Notes: generated from the sequence alone by a model not told the origin. 64,000 nucleotides of DNA from Candidatus Falkowbacteria bacterium (GCA_003514005.1 DOSJ01000004.1:37533-101532); one strand, 5' to 3'; counted from the stretch's first letter, positions 1-9,960 are shown. A program made the numbers and translations.

Positions 1-963
1 TTATTTGTATTGTTCGTTGGAACGTCTTTTGCTGAAAAAACCACACTGAATATTGGCTCTGGCGCTGAAGGCGGCGTATATTATCGAATTATCGAGGAAA
101 TCGGAAAATTTTGCAATTCTGCCACTTTGGGAATTGAACACTATATGGTAGAAAGTGGATCTCCGGCAAAAAAACAGCCTGAAGGTGGTTCTGTAAAAAA
201 TCTGCGCAATTTACTGAATAATAATATAAATGCTGGAATTATTCAGGCAGATATTGCTCATTTGGAAAAAATGAACAATCAAGACATGAATCGGATTCAG
301 GCGTTGGTACCACTCCATAAAGAATATGTACATATTATTGTTCCAACTATTGTCAGAAAAATTGTTCAGGAAGCGACAAAGGGAAAATTCGGTTTTGGCG
401 CTAAAGAAGCGGTTTACGGAGTAGTGGAAAACCCTCTGGAAAATATTGGTCAGTTATCAGGCCTGAAAGTGGTAGCATGGGGCGGATCGATAAAAACCGC
501 AGAAATTATCAAGCTGATGAGTAACATTGGTTATGAGATTATTCCAGTAGAAGATTTAGAAGAGGCTAAGCTAAAAATTAACAATAATGAAGCTAGCGCA
601 ATTATTGCCGTTGTCGGCACACCGGCACCGTTTGTTGAGGCACTACCAAAGAGAGAGTTTAAGCTTTTGAATCTTAACAAGGCGACGCAAGACAGTCTGA
701 ACAGTATTTATGGAGTTGGAAAAGTCTCCTATGATAATCTTGGCACCTTAAGTGGCCAATCCGCGGAAGTTTTTTCAGTGGATAGTATCCTATTTACCAG
801 GGTATACAGCACTCCTCAAATGGTTTCTGCTTTGTCTGAATTGCAAAATAGCATAAAGAAAAAGATTTTTGAAATTCGGGATGCTAGCGGTACTCATCCG
901 GCGTGGCAGACTATTGACCCTTCCCGCCCAGTAAAATGGGATAACGTGTTTACCGGAAAATAG
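1..963 (+). CDS. TAXI-family (TRAP-associated) solute-binding-like protein, 5' end probably outside window
   Basis: IGSGAEGGVYY, GGSVKNL, IIQADIA and PLHKEYVHII motifs are typical of TAXI receptors; the frame is open from base 1. Confidence 0.7.
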   Translation, partial: LFVLFVGTSFAEKTTLNIGSGAEGGVYYRIIEEIGKFCNSATLGIEHYMVESGSPAKKQPEGGSVKNLRNLLNNNINAGIIQADIAHLEKMNNQDMNRIQALVPLHKEYVHIIVPTIVRKIVQEATKGKFGFGAKEAVYGVVENPLENIGQLSGLKVVAWGGSIKTAEIIKLMSNIGYEIIPVEDLEEAKLKINNNEASAIIAVVGTPAPFVEALPKREFKLLNLNKATQDSLNSIYGVGKVSYDNLGTLSGQSAEVFSVDSILFTRVYSTPQMVSALSELQNSIKKKIFEIRDASGTHPAWQTIDPSRPVKWDNVFTGK

Positions 964-983
964 GTAAACAGAAAAAAATAAAC

Positions 984-1015
984 AAAACCCTTAACGTCTT
1001 ACGTTAAGGGTTTTT
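984..1015. terminator. Bidirectional intrinsic terminator
   Basis: AAAACCCTTAACGT-ctt-ACGTTAAGGGTTTT between convergent genes. Confidence 0.8.
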
Positions 1016-1073
1016 AATTTGAAAAATAAAATTTTTTAATGTTACATATTTTCTGTCTTATGTTTCATCCGAT

Positions 1074-1649
1074 TTATATTACCCCTCGTCCTCTCAATTC
1101 AAAAAAACACCGCGCGCAAGCTTTTACATCCGCCAGCGCATCGTGCGCTCCGTCAAATCCTTCGTCGAATAATTTGATATGTAATTCTGTCAGTTTTGGC
1201 CATTTGAAACCGCGGCCGTTTGCATGCGGAATGCGGCAAAAATCGGTAGCGGTTTGCATGGTGCAGAATTTATCAATATCATCCAAGCTGTTTTCGATCT
1301 TTTTGCGGAAAAATTCGGCGCCGATTATTTTTATATCAAAACTAATGTTGTGAGCGATAAGCATTTCGGAATTATTAAGCGAATCGGAAAATTCTTGCAA
1401 GGCATTATGCAAATCGATTCCCTCAGTCAACGCCCGTTCAGTTGTAATGCCATGAACGCTAGAAGCTTCTTTAGGAATTAAAAATCCTTCTGGCTTTATA
1501 ATATAATTTTGCCCGGATAAGACCTCGCCGTTATCATCAGTCGCAACCCAGGCAAGCTGGACCATGCGTGGCCAATTGTCCGTATCATGAATCGGTGCTT
1601 GCCAGTTTTTTGGTAAACCGGTTGTTTCTGTGTCAAAAAATAAGTACAT
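1074..1649 (-). CDS. DEDDh 3'-5' exonuclease (DnaQ/epsilon-like)
   Basis: FFDTETTG (ExoI), AHNISFD (ExoII) and AHDALAD (ExoIII) motifs. Confidence 0.9.
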   Translation of the reverse strand: MYLFFDTETTGLPKNWQAPIHDTDNWPRMVQLAWVATDDNGEVLSGQNYIIKPEGFLIPKEASSVHGITTERALTEGIDLHNALQEFSDSLNNSEMLIAHNISFDIKIIGAEFFRKKIENSLDDIDKFCTMQTATDFCRIPHANGRGFKWPKLTELHIKLFDEGFDGAHDALADVKACARCFFELRGRGVI

Positions 1650-1858
1650 AATTTTTTATTTTTTAGTATTTAGATATTTTTTAATATAGCATGGAAACAT
1701 ATTTTTATCCACAAGAGAATAATTAAATTAAAAATTAAAAATTAAGAATTAAAAATGAATTAATTTTAAAAATTTTCTTTTCTAATGTTAGTTAATTGTT
1801 AATAACAGACATAAGACAATAAATATAGATCTTACGCTTGTATTTTAGTGGCTAAAAA

Positions 1859-1949
1859 TGGTACAATATATTTAGAAAAGAAAAATCTCGTAGGTCGAGA
1901 TTTGACGTAAAAATTCTTATCTCGAGTATCGAGAATGACTAATATTAAA
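1859..1949 (+). promoter_or_regulatory. Extended -10 promoter with two palindromic operator-like sites
   Basis: TGgTACAAT at 1859-1867; ATCTCGtaggtCGAGAT at 1885-1901; TCTCGA-gta-TCGAGA at 1920-1934; the same layout recurs at 10844-10902. Confidence 0.6.
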
Positions 1950-1957
1950 TAAACAAC

Positions 1958-2371
1958 GTGAAAGACGAAAAAAACCTTATATCCTTGAAAGATGCGGCAA
2001 AAATATCTGGGTATTCAGCGGATTATATTGGACAGTTGATTCGAGCCGGAAAGATACCCGGAAAACAAGTGTGTTGCACTGTTGCCTGGATGACAACCGC
2101 TGATGCCGTTACTGCCTATAAAAACAAAGGCAATGCTGACGCTAAATTAAGTATCAAGGAAAAACTGGCGAATCAAGCGCGAATGGTGGTTATGGAATTT
2201 GATATTATCAAGCTATTTTTTAAAACATTCAAACATTCTTTGCCTTTATTATTAGTAATTTTTATCAGCTTTATCAGTATCAGTTTTTTTGTCGTTTACC
2301 TAATCGGCGCAAAAACAAATGTTAATTCAAAAAGTATTAACAATTCGTCTAGATCGGGTATGACATTCTGA
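1958..2371 (+). CDS. Helix-turn-helix (excisionase/HTH_17-like) protein with C-terminal transmembrane helix
   Basis: LISLKDAAKISGYSADYIGQLIRAGKIPG HTH signature; hydrophobic LLLVIFISFISISFFVVYLIG; GTG start. Confidence 0.7.
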   Translation: MKDEKNLISLKDAAKISGYSADYIGQLIRAGKIPGKQVCCTVAWMTTADAVTAYKNKGNADAKLSIKEKLANQARMVVMEFDIIKLFFKTFKHSLPLLLVIFISFISISFFVVYLIGAKTNVNSKSINNSSRSGMTF

Positions 2372-2604
2372 AATATATTTAATTATTTTTTTAAAATTAA
2401 GCCTTTAAACTTTAAAAATTTAAATGGTAGCACAAGACAAGATGTTTAAACTATTACTTTAACATACACGCTAATAGTAATAGACGTAAAGGCGAGTAAT
2501 TTTAAAAAAATAATTAAATATATTTCAGAATGTCGCGTAAATTTATTTAATAAAGCCCAAAAAAACTTATAAATAAGTAGTTTTTGTAAATAAAAAGCAT
2601 CCCC

Positions 2605-5600
2605 ATGCTTGTGCGCAAGAACAGATATCGAAAAATTGTGAGAAATTTTTCTCGATTTTTTGGTCATAAAAACAAAATAACCAGCCAGAGGCGTGTCTAC
2701 GTTTCTGGCTGGCGTTTTGTTTTCGCAAGCTTTATCATATTTTCGATTTTTGCTTATTTTTTTCCGTTCGGACGATTGTTAAATTCGATCAAAGCCTTTG
2801 GTGGGCAAACGGAAAAAATCAACCTGTATGCCAACTATATTCAATCTGAAGAAACGGATGACTTTGCGCAAGGCTGGCACAACAAAGAAAAAGCCGGCGG
2901 CTTGCAAGACCTTGGTCCGAATGCGGACATGCTCGAGTTTTCCGATGAAAATTCCGCTTTTTATTCTGGCGGAAATTTTAGCTTGATTGCCGGGAATTTT
3001 CAATTTTTAACAGAGGCGGCGAATAAGATTATTGAAAATGAACAAGCCGAAGATATTTTGGCAGAAGAACAAGGTGCGGAAATAGTTGATGAGTCTGCTG
3101 ACCTGGAAGATGACACCGAGTCTGAAGATGAAGTCAATTCAGGTGATGAAGCTAATCTGAATGAGGTAGACGAAAATGTGTTTTTGTCAGACGAACAGGG
3201 TGATGACAATTTTGATCAAGAAGAAGAAACCATAAATTCGGCTGATTCAAATTTGACAGAGGAAGCGAACAACATTGTTGACGATAGTTTTGTTGAATCA
3301 GAAAATCTGGATAAACCAGATGTTACTTCAGAAACGACTAAGAGTGAAATTAAAGACTCGGAAGAAACAGAACCGGTTGTAGAACCATTTGACAATAGCC
3401 AAACTCAGGTTTTGATTGAAAGTATTCCAGTCGTTGAAACGGAAACCGAAGTAGTCGGATCTAATGAATCAGGGGCAGAACCCGAGGCCGAGGTGATTGG
3501 GACAGATGAGTCCGTTGCCGAGCAGGTTGTTTCTTATTTAGACAAATTTAAAAAATATTTTATTGCAAAAGCCGCGAACGCGCAAAGCTTTGTCAGCGCG
3601 GAAATTAAAACTTTGGAAGATTTGGGGACATTTAAATCAGCGGTAATTAATCTTTCTTTGGCAATCCATTCCGGAGATATTGCCGGTGATGTTATTGCGG
3701 AAAATATGGATAGCCCGGAAGCTGATACTGCGGAGACGGGGCAATTAGAATCCGATTTTGATAATTCTTTAATAACTATTTGGTATTCGCTTGGCGAACA
3801 AGCCGTGGAAACTGATTCTGACGCGGCAAGCAATACAGATAATCTTTTGTGGCAAAAGCTGGATGTGATTCAATCGAGCAGTGTTTCCAATGCCCTTAAT
3901 AACGGATACTTCAGTTTTGCGGCGCCGTTTTTGGAATCTTGGCAGGATATAGATAATCTAAAAATTAAGCTGGAAGTTTTGGATAATGGCCGGAAAAACT
4001 TGATTTATCTGGATAGTGTTTGGGTTGAGAGCGTATTTGAACGTGAGTCCGAACTGGACAAGCTAAAACAGCGCCAGCGCTGGGAAGAGGCCTTGGACGT
4101 TTTGTCTGACAACTTGATATTCAAAGCCGGTGAAGGCGGCGAGTTGAAATTCCAATACAACAAGAATGAAGAGCGGATTTGGGAAACGCTGGGAGAGTTT
4201 TTGGGTATTGGCAATTTTTGGAAGAATGTTGATTTGGCAATCGTATTGTTTGATCCTTCCGGAGCTGAAACCAATATTGATCTGACTACGATATTTGAGA
4301 GCGACGGAATATTTACCGTTCGTTTGCCGGATACGCTCGCGCTTATGCCCGGCCAATATCGATTGAAGTTTTTTATCAAAGACAGCTCAGGTGAAGCAGT
4401 GGAGGAATTTGAAAAAGTACAAGAATTTTATTGGGGAGTTTTGGCAATGAATTTTAATAAATCCGAATACGAGGCCGCGGAAACCGGTTTTGTACAGATG
4501 GCGGTCCTGGATGACGGCGGACATACGATTTGCAACGCCGAGGTGAACCTTGAGGTCAAAGATGCAAATGGCGATACGCAAATATTTTCGACAAGCGAAA
4601 CCGATGAAGCGAAGCGAATTGTCGTTTCCAAAGAATGCGGTCCAGAAACGGTTACGAATGTACCGGATTATTCGATGCATTATCAGTTTGGTGATAAGGG
4701 AAACTATGAATTCAAATTGACAGCCAAGACTTCTGCCGGAGAGAAAACTATTTTTGAAACAATTGAGGTGAAAGATGTGGGCGCTTTTAGCGTGGAGCGT
4801 TTTGGGCCGACGCGTATTTGGCCGAAAGCGGATTATGGGATGAAGATGAATGTTCTTAGTAGAGAAGATTTTGTTGGAAGTATAGTTGAGACTGTTCCGA
4901 CAGGGTTTAAAATTTCTAATTTCCAATTTCTAATTTCTAATGAATTGCAAAATTTTCAATTTTCAATTGACGAGTTAGAGAATGGAAGCCAAATTACGAT
5001 TAAAGATGTGAATTTAAAAGCTGGGGAGGTTTTGGATATCAATTATACTTTTGATGCACCGGATCGGTCGCCGGAATTGTATCTAGTTGGGCCGCTCTCA
5101 ATCCAAATCGAAAACCCGAAAAGTCCCGATGGGACATCGGGTCTTGATCGAAAATCGGAAATCGAAAATCGCTCCTGGCAGATCGCGTCCGATTCGTTTG
5201 TTAAGCGAGCGCGAACTGTTATGTTTCAGGCTGGGGTTTATAATGACGTGGCAGGCGGGACCGGGCAGAATACCAATAATGACCATGTTTTGCCGGTTTT
5301 TAATTGGAAATTGGCAGAAAGCGGCGTTACGATAAAGAACGCTTATGTTGTTATGGAAACGCAGTTTGAGGCTTATAATACTACCGGTGTTGCTTATAGC
5401 GGCTATAAGCTTGGATTTGATGCTTGCGTTGAAGATTGTACAGCCGCGGCTTTTGGCGCCGGGGGCGGTCAAATAGCAGATGACAATGCTAATGCGCTTG
5501 TGTATGATGATACAGAATCAAACAACGGGCGCTTTCTTTTGGATGTGACGAACGAGGCACAGATTAGTGCCTATACCGGTGATGGCGTATTGATGGAGTC

Positions 5601-8600
5601 GCAGTTTGGCTATCGCTTAAAAAACAGCTCGGCTTATTCTTCGATAGCGAATGCCAGTGCAATGTTGATAGTCACGTATACATATGATATTGATTCGCCG
5701 AATATTACTAATACGGTTATTTATCCTCTGGATTCCGACACCGGTACGAACTATGGCTCTATGCAAGCCGCCCAAGCTGCTTGCACGGCTGACAGCAATT
5801 GTCCGACATTTTCTTATAATATGACATTGCCAGAGTGGTCGGGAGTCGCGACTTCAAGCAATAGGGTTTCTCAGTGGTTCAAAATGTTTGCCGCGCCTAC
5901 TGCCAATACGACAACTGATTTGCGCCCATATCTAGATATTCAGACCATAAATAACAATAGCAGTGCTTTTCATTTTGAAGAAGCTCTTTCTGGCAATGGC
6001 AGTACGCCGCCGATGTATTTTTCGGACTGGTCAGGATCCGGATACGCCGAGAATTTGGCGCAACAAACCGAACTATATGTCAATACGACTAATTATGTTT
6101 TGGGCGGCGAGGTTACGGAAACTTATATCGCCTCTAGCTCCGCGCCGGTAAAAACACGGACTGTGTCTTTTCCGATGGGTGTTATTTCAAACGGTAATAC
6201 CGTTGCTTTGAATAGTCAAACAGCAAATGTGTTTTTTCCGGAAAATGGAAGCGCGACTGGTACGGTTGATATCAAGAGTGCTTGGGTTAGAATAACGGCG
6301 AATGGACATACGGTTAGCGGAACTACCTATACCGCGAATGTATCGACAAAAACCGGAAATAATACTACTACCGGAAATCTGGCTTATCAGTTTCGCTCTT
6401 CGGTTGCCGTAACTAGTCCGGTTTTAAATATAATCCATATAATACCTTCAAGTGATTATACAGAGCTGGAAAGCGCGACAGCCACATCCGGTAAGGCGGT
6501 TGTCGTGAATCTGACATATCTTAACGCCTTGTTTAATGGCGCATCCGTGGAGCTTATGATTACCTATACTTATTCCAGCGAGCAGTCTGGGTATCTTTCC
6601 AGTTTGAATCTTTTTGGCGGACAAGCGGCAAGCGCGCCGGCAACTTCTACCGTTTTGGCAACCGCCAATTCTGTGTTTCCAGAATCGGCAAACAAGACTT
6701 TACTGGCAGCCGGTTTGCGCGCGCATTATTTGAACTCAAACAGCTCAGCCGCGATGGGCACTACCGTTCATTTGTCAACGGCAAATTTGGCGATTGGAAC
6801 ACCGAATTGCGGTTCACCGGCTTATCGGGCGATTCCTGATAGTGTTAATATGACAACAGAAATGCTAGTTAGCGTCAGCGGAGCAATGACAACGGATGAT
6901 AATCAAGCGTATTCCGCCTGCTATGCCAGTGATAATACGGCTATAACAACGGATTCGGCGAAAATGAACGGGACATTGACCTATACTTACGGCTGGACCA
7001 ATACGCCTCCGGTAAGCTCTTTTAATAGCGCAGTTTTTCGGCGAGACGGCAGCGGGACAGTTGATTTGGATGTAGAGGCTGATGATGCTGATGATCATGA
7101 CGTGCGCGCAAAGCTAGAGTTTGCTACTGGAACGACCTGCGTTTTTAGTGCGCCCGGTGACCCTTTGCTTGATGAAATAAATGAAAATATTACGGCTGAT
7201 TTTGCCGATCCATATATCGAGAATGATAATATTTATCAGATTGGAACTGCTAATGGCTATATTAAAACTGCCTCTGGCTCGAATTCGGTTTCTTTTGATT
7301 GGTTGGCAAAGCAAAATTTGGACAAGGTTGAGGGAACTTATTGCCTCAGGCTGACAGCGAATGATACGTTTGCCGATCAGAGCGCGCCGGCGACGACTAC
7401 CGTATATATTGACACTTTGCCACCAACTTCGCCTGGACAATTAAGTCTGAATAGCAGGACAGGGACTAGCGTAACTTTGAATTTTGGAGCTACAACGACC
7501 GAAACAAATTTTAATGAATATAAGATATTTTATAAAATCGCGAATGGCACGGATCCGACCGAGAGCGACAATATGTGGGCATCCTCTTCAGACATTAATC
7601 TGTATAATAAATTTTTTAATGATAAATCTACCACGACAATCAATGTTAGCTTGGTCGGCAGTACGACATATAGCTTTGCGATTTGGGCTTATGATACATA
7701 CGGCAACAAAGCCAGTTCGTCGCGGGTTGATATAATGACGAATGACGCGCCTTTGAGCAGTTTTAACACAGCGGACACAAAGCAAAGAAATGATGGCAGT
7801 GGAGTTGTTGATATTTCGTTGGAGATAGACGATTTGAACGATCATAATCAGCTGTCGGCAAAGCTTGAATACGCATTGGGAGCAGATTGTATTTTTGCTC
7901 CGGGATTGGACCCGCTCTTGGATGAAAATCCGGCGCATGTATCCGCGGATTTTGGCTTGCCCGGAGTGTTGAATGAGAATGAATATCAGATTGGTAATGC
8001 AACCGGCTGGATCATGACTTCGCCTGGAGCAAACACGATTAATGTGGATTGGCTTATGCGGCAAGACGAGGAAAATGCTGATAGCACATATTGTTTGCGT
8101 TTGACAGCTAATGACAGCTTTGATATTCAAAAGACCCTAGCAACCGCGACAATTACGTTGGATAATGTTAATCCAACTGCACCTGGCGCGCTAAGTTCGG
8201 CCGGAGTAACAACCAATAGCATTGATCTGGCCTATGATACTGATAATATTTCAAGCGACACAAACGAGCCTACTGTAAACGCATACAAAGTATATTATAA
8301 AAAAGCGGAGTCAGGGGTAACAATGAACGATACAGAAATCGATAGAACGCATTTTAATACCTACGATTTTAATGGCGCGACATCAACTTTGATAAGCGGA
8401 CTAGAGCAGAATACTTGGTATGTCTTTAATATTTGGTCTTTTGACGCGTATGGCAACATGTCAACAGGAACCGAAACTGCGATCAAGACCAGCGCGACAA
8501 TCAAGAATGAATCGTTAACTTTTGTAAATCCGCGAACAGAAGGGTTGGATACAAACGTTGCGGTAGCGCGACCGGAAAATGAATGGAATTTCCGAGCCGT

Positions 8601-8991
8601 AGTTTCGGAAACAAACGGTTATTTTGCGCTGGATACCGTAAATCTGCGCTTGGCAAATCAGACCGATGATTCTTCGCCATTTTCCGATTTGGTTTTCTCA
8701 TGGGATCAAACGTCCGGCGTATTTACGGAAATAGGCGCGGATATCGGTAACGCGGCAGAGCTTGGTACAGGAAGCAGTGCAGATTGTCTGGGCAATATTT
8801 GTACTTTGGATTTTTATATAGTATTTACAAAAAATTATTTGGCTACCAGCACAGCTTATGCGGTTGGACTTTTGAGCACGAATGACAGCGCTACGACCGA
8901 TGAAGATATGTATTCAAATTTTTACCAAGTACGTTATCCGTTTGTCAGCCAGACGCATTATCGTTGGCGGAATGATGATGGAGGGGAGTAG
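2605..8991 (+). CDS. Giant secreted/surface protein (2128 aa) with acidic linker and Ig-like/FN3-like domains
   Basis: Long ORF; basic N-terminus plus TM helix; D/E-rich low-complexity stretch; FN3-like motifs (YKIFYK...TYSFAIWAYDTYGN); modules paralogous to the 5230-aa protein. Confidence 0.85.
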   Translation: MLVRKNRYRKIVRNFSRFFGHKNKITSQRRVYVSGWRFVFASFIIFSIFAYFFPFGRLLNSIKAFGGQTEKINLYANYIQSEETDDFAQGWHNKEKAGGLQDLGPNADMLEFSDENSAFYSGGNFSLIAGNFQFLTEAANKIIENEQAEDILAEEQGAEIVDESADLEDDTESEDEVNSGDEANLNEVDENVFLSDEQGDDNFDQEEETINSADSNLTEEANNIVDDSFVESENLDKPDVTSETTKSEIKDSEETEPVVEPFDNSQTQVLIESIPVVETETEVVGSNESGAEPEAEVIGTDESVAEQVVSYLDKFKKYFIAKAANAQSFVSAEIKTLEDLGTFKSAVINLSLAIHSGDIAGDVIAENMDSPEADTAETGQLESDFDNSLITIWYSLGEQAVETDSDAASNTDNLLWQKLDVIQSSSVSNALNNGYFSFAAPFLESWQDIDNLKIKLEVLDNGRKNLIYLDSVWVESVFERESELDKLKQRQRWEEALDVLSDNLIFKAGEGGELKFQYNKNEERIWETLGEFLGIGNFWKNVDLAIVLFDPSGAETNIDLTTIFESDGIFTVRLPDTLALMPGQYRLKFFIKDSSGEAVEEFEKVQEFYWGVLAMNFNKSEYEAAETGFVQMAVLDDGGHTICNAEVNLEVKDANGDTQIFSTSETDEAKRIVVSKECGPETVTNVPDYSMHYQFGDKGNYEFKLTAKTSAGEKTIFETIEVKDVGAFSVERFGPTRIWPKADYGMKMNVLSREDFVGSIVETVPTGFKISNFQFLISNELQNFQFSIDELENGSQITIKDVNLKAGEVLDINYTFDAPDRSPELYLVGPLSIQIENPKSPDGTSGLDRKSEIENRSWQIASDSFVKRARTVMFQAGVYNDVAGGTGQNTNNDHVLPVFNWKLAESGVTIKNAYVVMETQFEAYNTTGVAYSGYKLGFDACVEDCTAAAFGAGGGQIADDNANALVYDDTESNNGRFLLDVTNEAQISAYTGDGVLMESQFGYRLKNSSAYSSIANASAMLIVTYTYDIDSPNITNTVIYPLDSDTGTNYGSMQAAQAACTADSNCPTFSYNMTLPEWSGVATSSNRVSQWFKMFAAPTANTTTDLRPYLDIQTINNNSSAFHFEEALSGNGSTPPMYFSDWSGSGYAENLAQQTELYVNTTNYVLGGEVTETYIASSSAPVKTRTVSFPMGVISNGNTVALNSQTANVFFPENGSATGTVDIKSAWVRITANGHTVSGTTYTANVSTKTGNNTTTGNLAYQFRSSVAVTSPVLNIIHIIPSSDYTELESATATSGKAVVVNLTYLNALFNGASVELMITYTYSSEQSGYLSSLNLFGGQAASAPATSTVLATANSVFPESANKTLLAAGLRAHYLNSNSSAAMGTTVHLSTANLAIGTPNCGSPAYRAIPDSVNMTTEMLVSVSGAMTTDDNQAYSACYASDNTAITTDSAKMNGTLTYTYGWTNTPPVSSFNSAVFRRDGSGTVDLDVEADDADDHDVRAKLEFATGTTCVFSAPGDPLLDEINENITADFADPYIENDNIYQIGTANGYIKTASGSNSVSFDWLAKQNLDKVEGTYCLRLTANDTFADQSAPATTTVYIDTLPPTSPGQLSLNSRTGTSVTLNFGATTTETNFNEYKIFYKIANGTDPTESDNMWASSSDINLYNKFFNDKSTTTINVSLVGSTTYSFAIWAYDTYGNKASSSRVDIMTNDAPLSSFNTADTKQRNDGSGVVDISLEIDDLNDHNQLSAKLEYALGADCIFAPGLDPLLDENPAHVSADFGLPGVLNENEYQIGNATGWIMTSPGANTINVDWLMRQDEENADSTYCLRLTANDSFDIQKTLATATITLDNVNPTAPGALSSAGVTTNSIDLAYDTDNISSDTNEPTVNAYKVYYKKAESGVTMNDTEIDRTHFNTYDFNGATSTLISGLEQNTWYVFNIWSFDAYGNMSTGTETAIKTSATIKNESLTFVNPRTEGLDTNVAVARPENEWNFRAVVSETNGYFALDTVNLRLANQTDDSSPFSDLVFSWDQTSGVFTEIGADIGNAAELGTGSSADCLGNICTLDFYIVFTKNYLATSTAYAVGLLSTNDSATTDEDMYSNFYQVRYPFVSQTHYRWRNDDGGE

Positions 8992-9025
8992 TGATTTGCG
9001 ATTTCCGATTTGCGATTTAGGATTT

Positions 9026-9050
9026 AAAAAACGGCTGGTGCCGTTTTTTT
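9026..9050 (+). terminator. Intrinsic terminator after the 2128-aa gene
   Basis: AAAAAACGGC-tggt-GCCGTTTTTTT. Confidence 0.65.
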
Positions 9051-9059
9051 ATGTTTGTG

Positions 9060-9114
9060 GTAGAGACGCATTGCAATGCGTCTGTACAAGAGATGTTCAT
9101 TGCAACGCGTCTGC
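9060..9114. repeat. GTAG-type REP-like palindrome plus degenerate second copy
   Basis: GTAGAGACGCATTGCAATGCGTCTGTAC at 9060-9087, followed by a degenerate copy. Confidence 0.65.
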
Positions 9115-9123
9115 ATTGAGACA

Positions 9124-9954
9124 TCACAAATATTTTTCTATTATCACCCTATAATTTTTACAAAAATCATCAATAAAATTTTGGTCGTTAAAGAAATTTT
9201 TCAGATCATAGGCTAATTTTTGCGGTGTTACATTTTTTTCGATAAGAAGTTTGATTTTATTTTTTAGTTCAGCCATATTTTTTATGCCATCAGTTTTTGC
9301 AAGTTCGCTCCAATTTGGCTCTATATCATTTTGTAAATACCAAAACAGATCATAAAAATCCCTGCCTTTGATATTTATTTCATTTTTATCGCCTTTGAAC
9401 CAGCTTCGGTTTAATAATGCTCGAATTTTTCCGGTCATTAAATATTCAAGAGAGTAGTTTTTTACAACTGTGTTGTAGCCGAATTTTGAAATTGGATTAA
9501 TTTCGATTTTTGGCTTTGTATATTCGGACTTGGAAAATTCTAGCTTAACATATAAAAAATCGCTTTCAGAAATATTTTTTGATAATCCTAAATTATTCAA
9601 GACTGGAAATTTTAAGTATAATCTTTTGTCGGATTGAATTTTTACATCAATTTCCAAAAGCCCGTTTATTTTAAAATAGTTTACCAATTCGTCGGATAAT
9701 AATTTAAGATCCAATTTTTGAAAACTGTTTGCCGGTAAATCAAAATCTAAATCTTCAGAAAGTCTTGGTAGGCCGTAGCAGATTCGCAAGCAAGAACCGC
9801 CGGTAAAGATGAAATCATTATATTTCTTATTGCTATAAAGAAAATTTAAAACCGGATATTGCAGAAATTCCTTTAAAAAATTTATGATTACAAAATTGGG
9901 AATTCCTAATTTTTGTTTTTCATTTACAATTTCTTTTAAAATATTGACTAGCAT
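9124..9954 (-). CDS. abiEii: AbiEii/AbiGii-family nucleotidyltransferase toxin (type IV toxin-antitoxin)
   Basis: FTGGSCLRICYGLPRLSEDLDF, GKIRALLNR and KGRDFYDL motifs. Confidence 0.9.
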   Translation of the reverse strand: MLVNILKEIVNEKQKLGIPNFVIINFLKEFLQYPVLNFLYSNKKYNDFIFTGGSCLRICYGLPRLSEDLDFDLPANSFQKLDLKLLSDELVNYFKINGLLEIDVKIQSDKRLYLKFPVLNNLGLSKNISESDFLYVKLEFSKSEYTKPKIEINPISKFGYNTVVKNYSLEYLMTGKIRALLNRSWFKGDKNEINIKGRDFYDLFWYLQNDIEPNWSELAKTDGIKNMAELKNKIKLLIEKNVTPQKLAYDLKNFFNDQNFIDDFCKNYRVIIEKYL

Positions 9955-9960
9955 AGATTT

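Noticed and set aside
8882..9154. 90-aa ORF as a frameshifted continuation of giant 1
   Set aside because: It runs through heptamer repeats, a terminator and REP palindromes, with no similarity to the giant-protein domains
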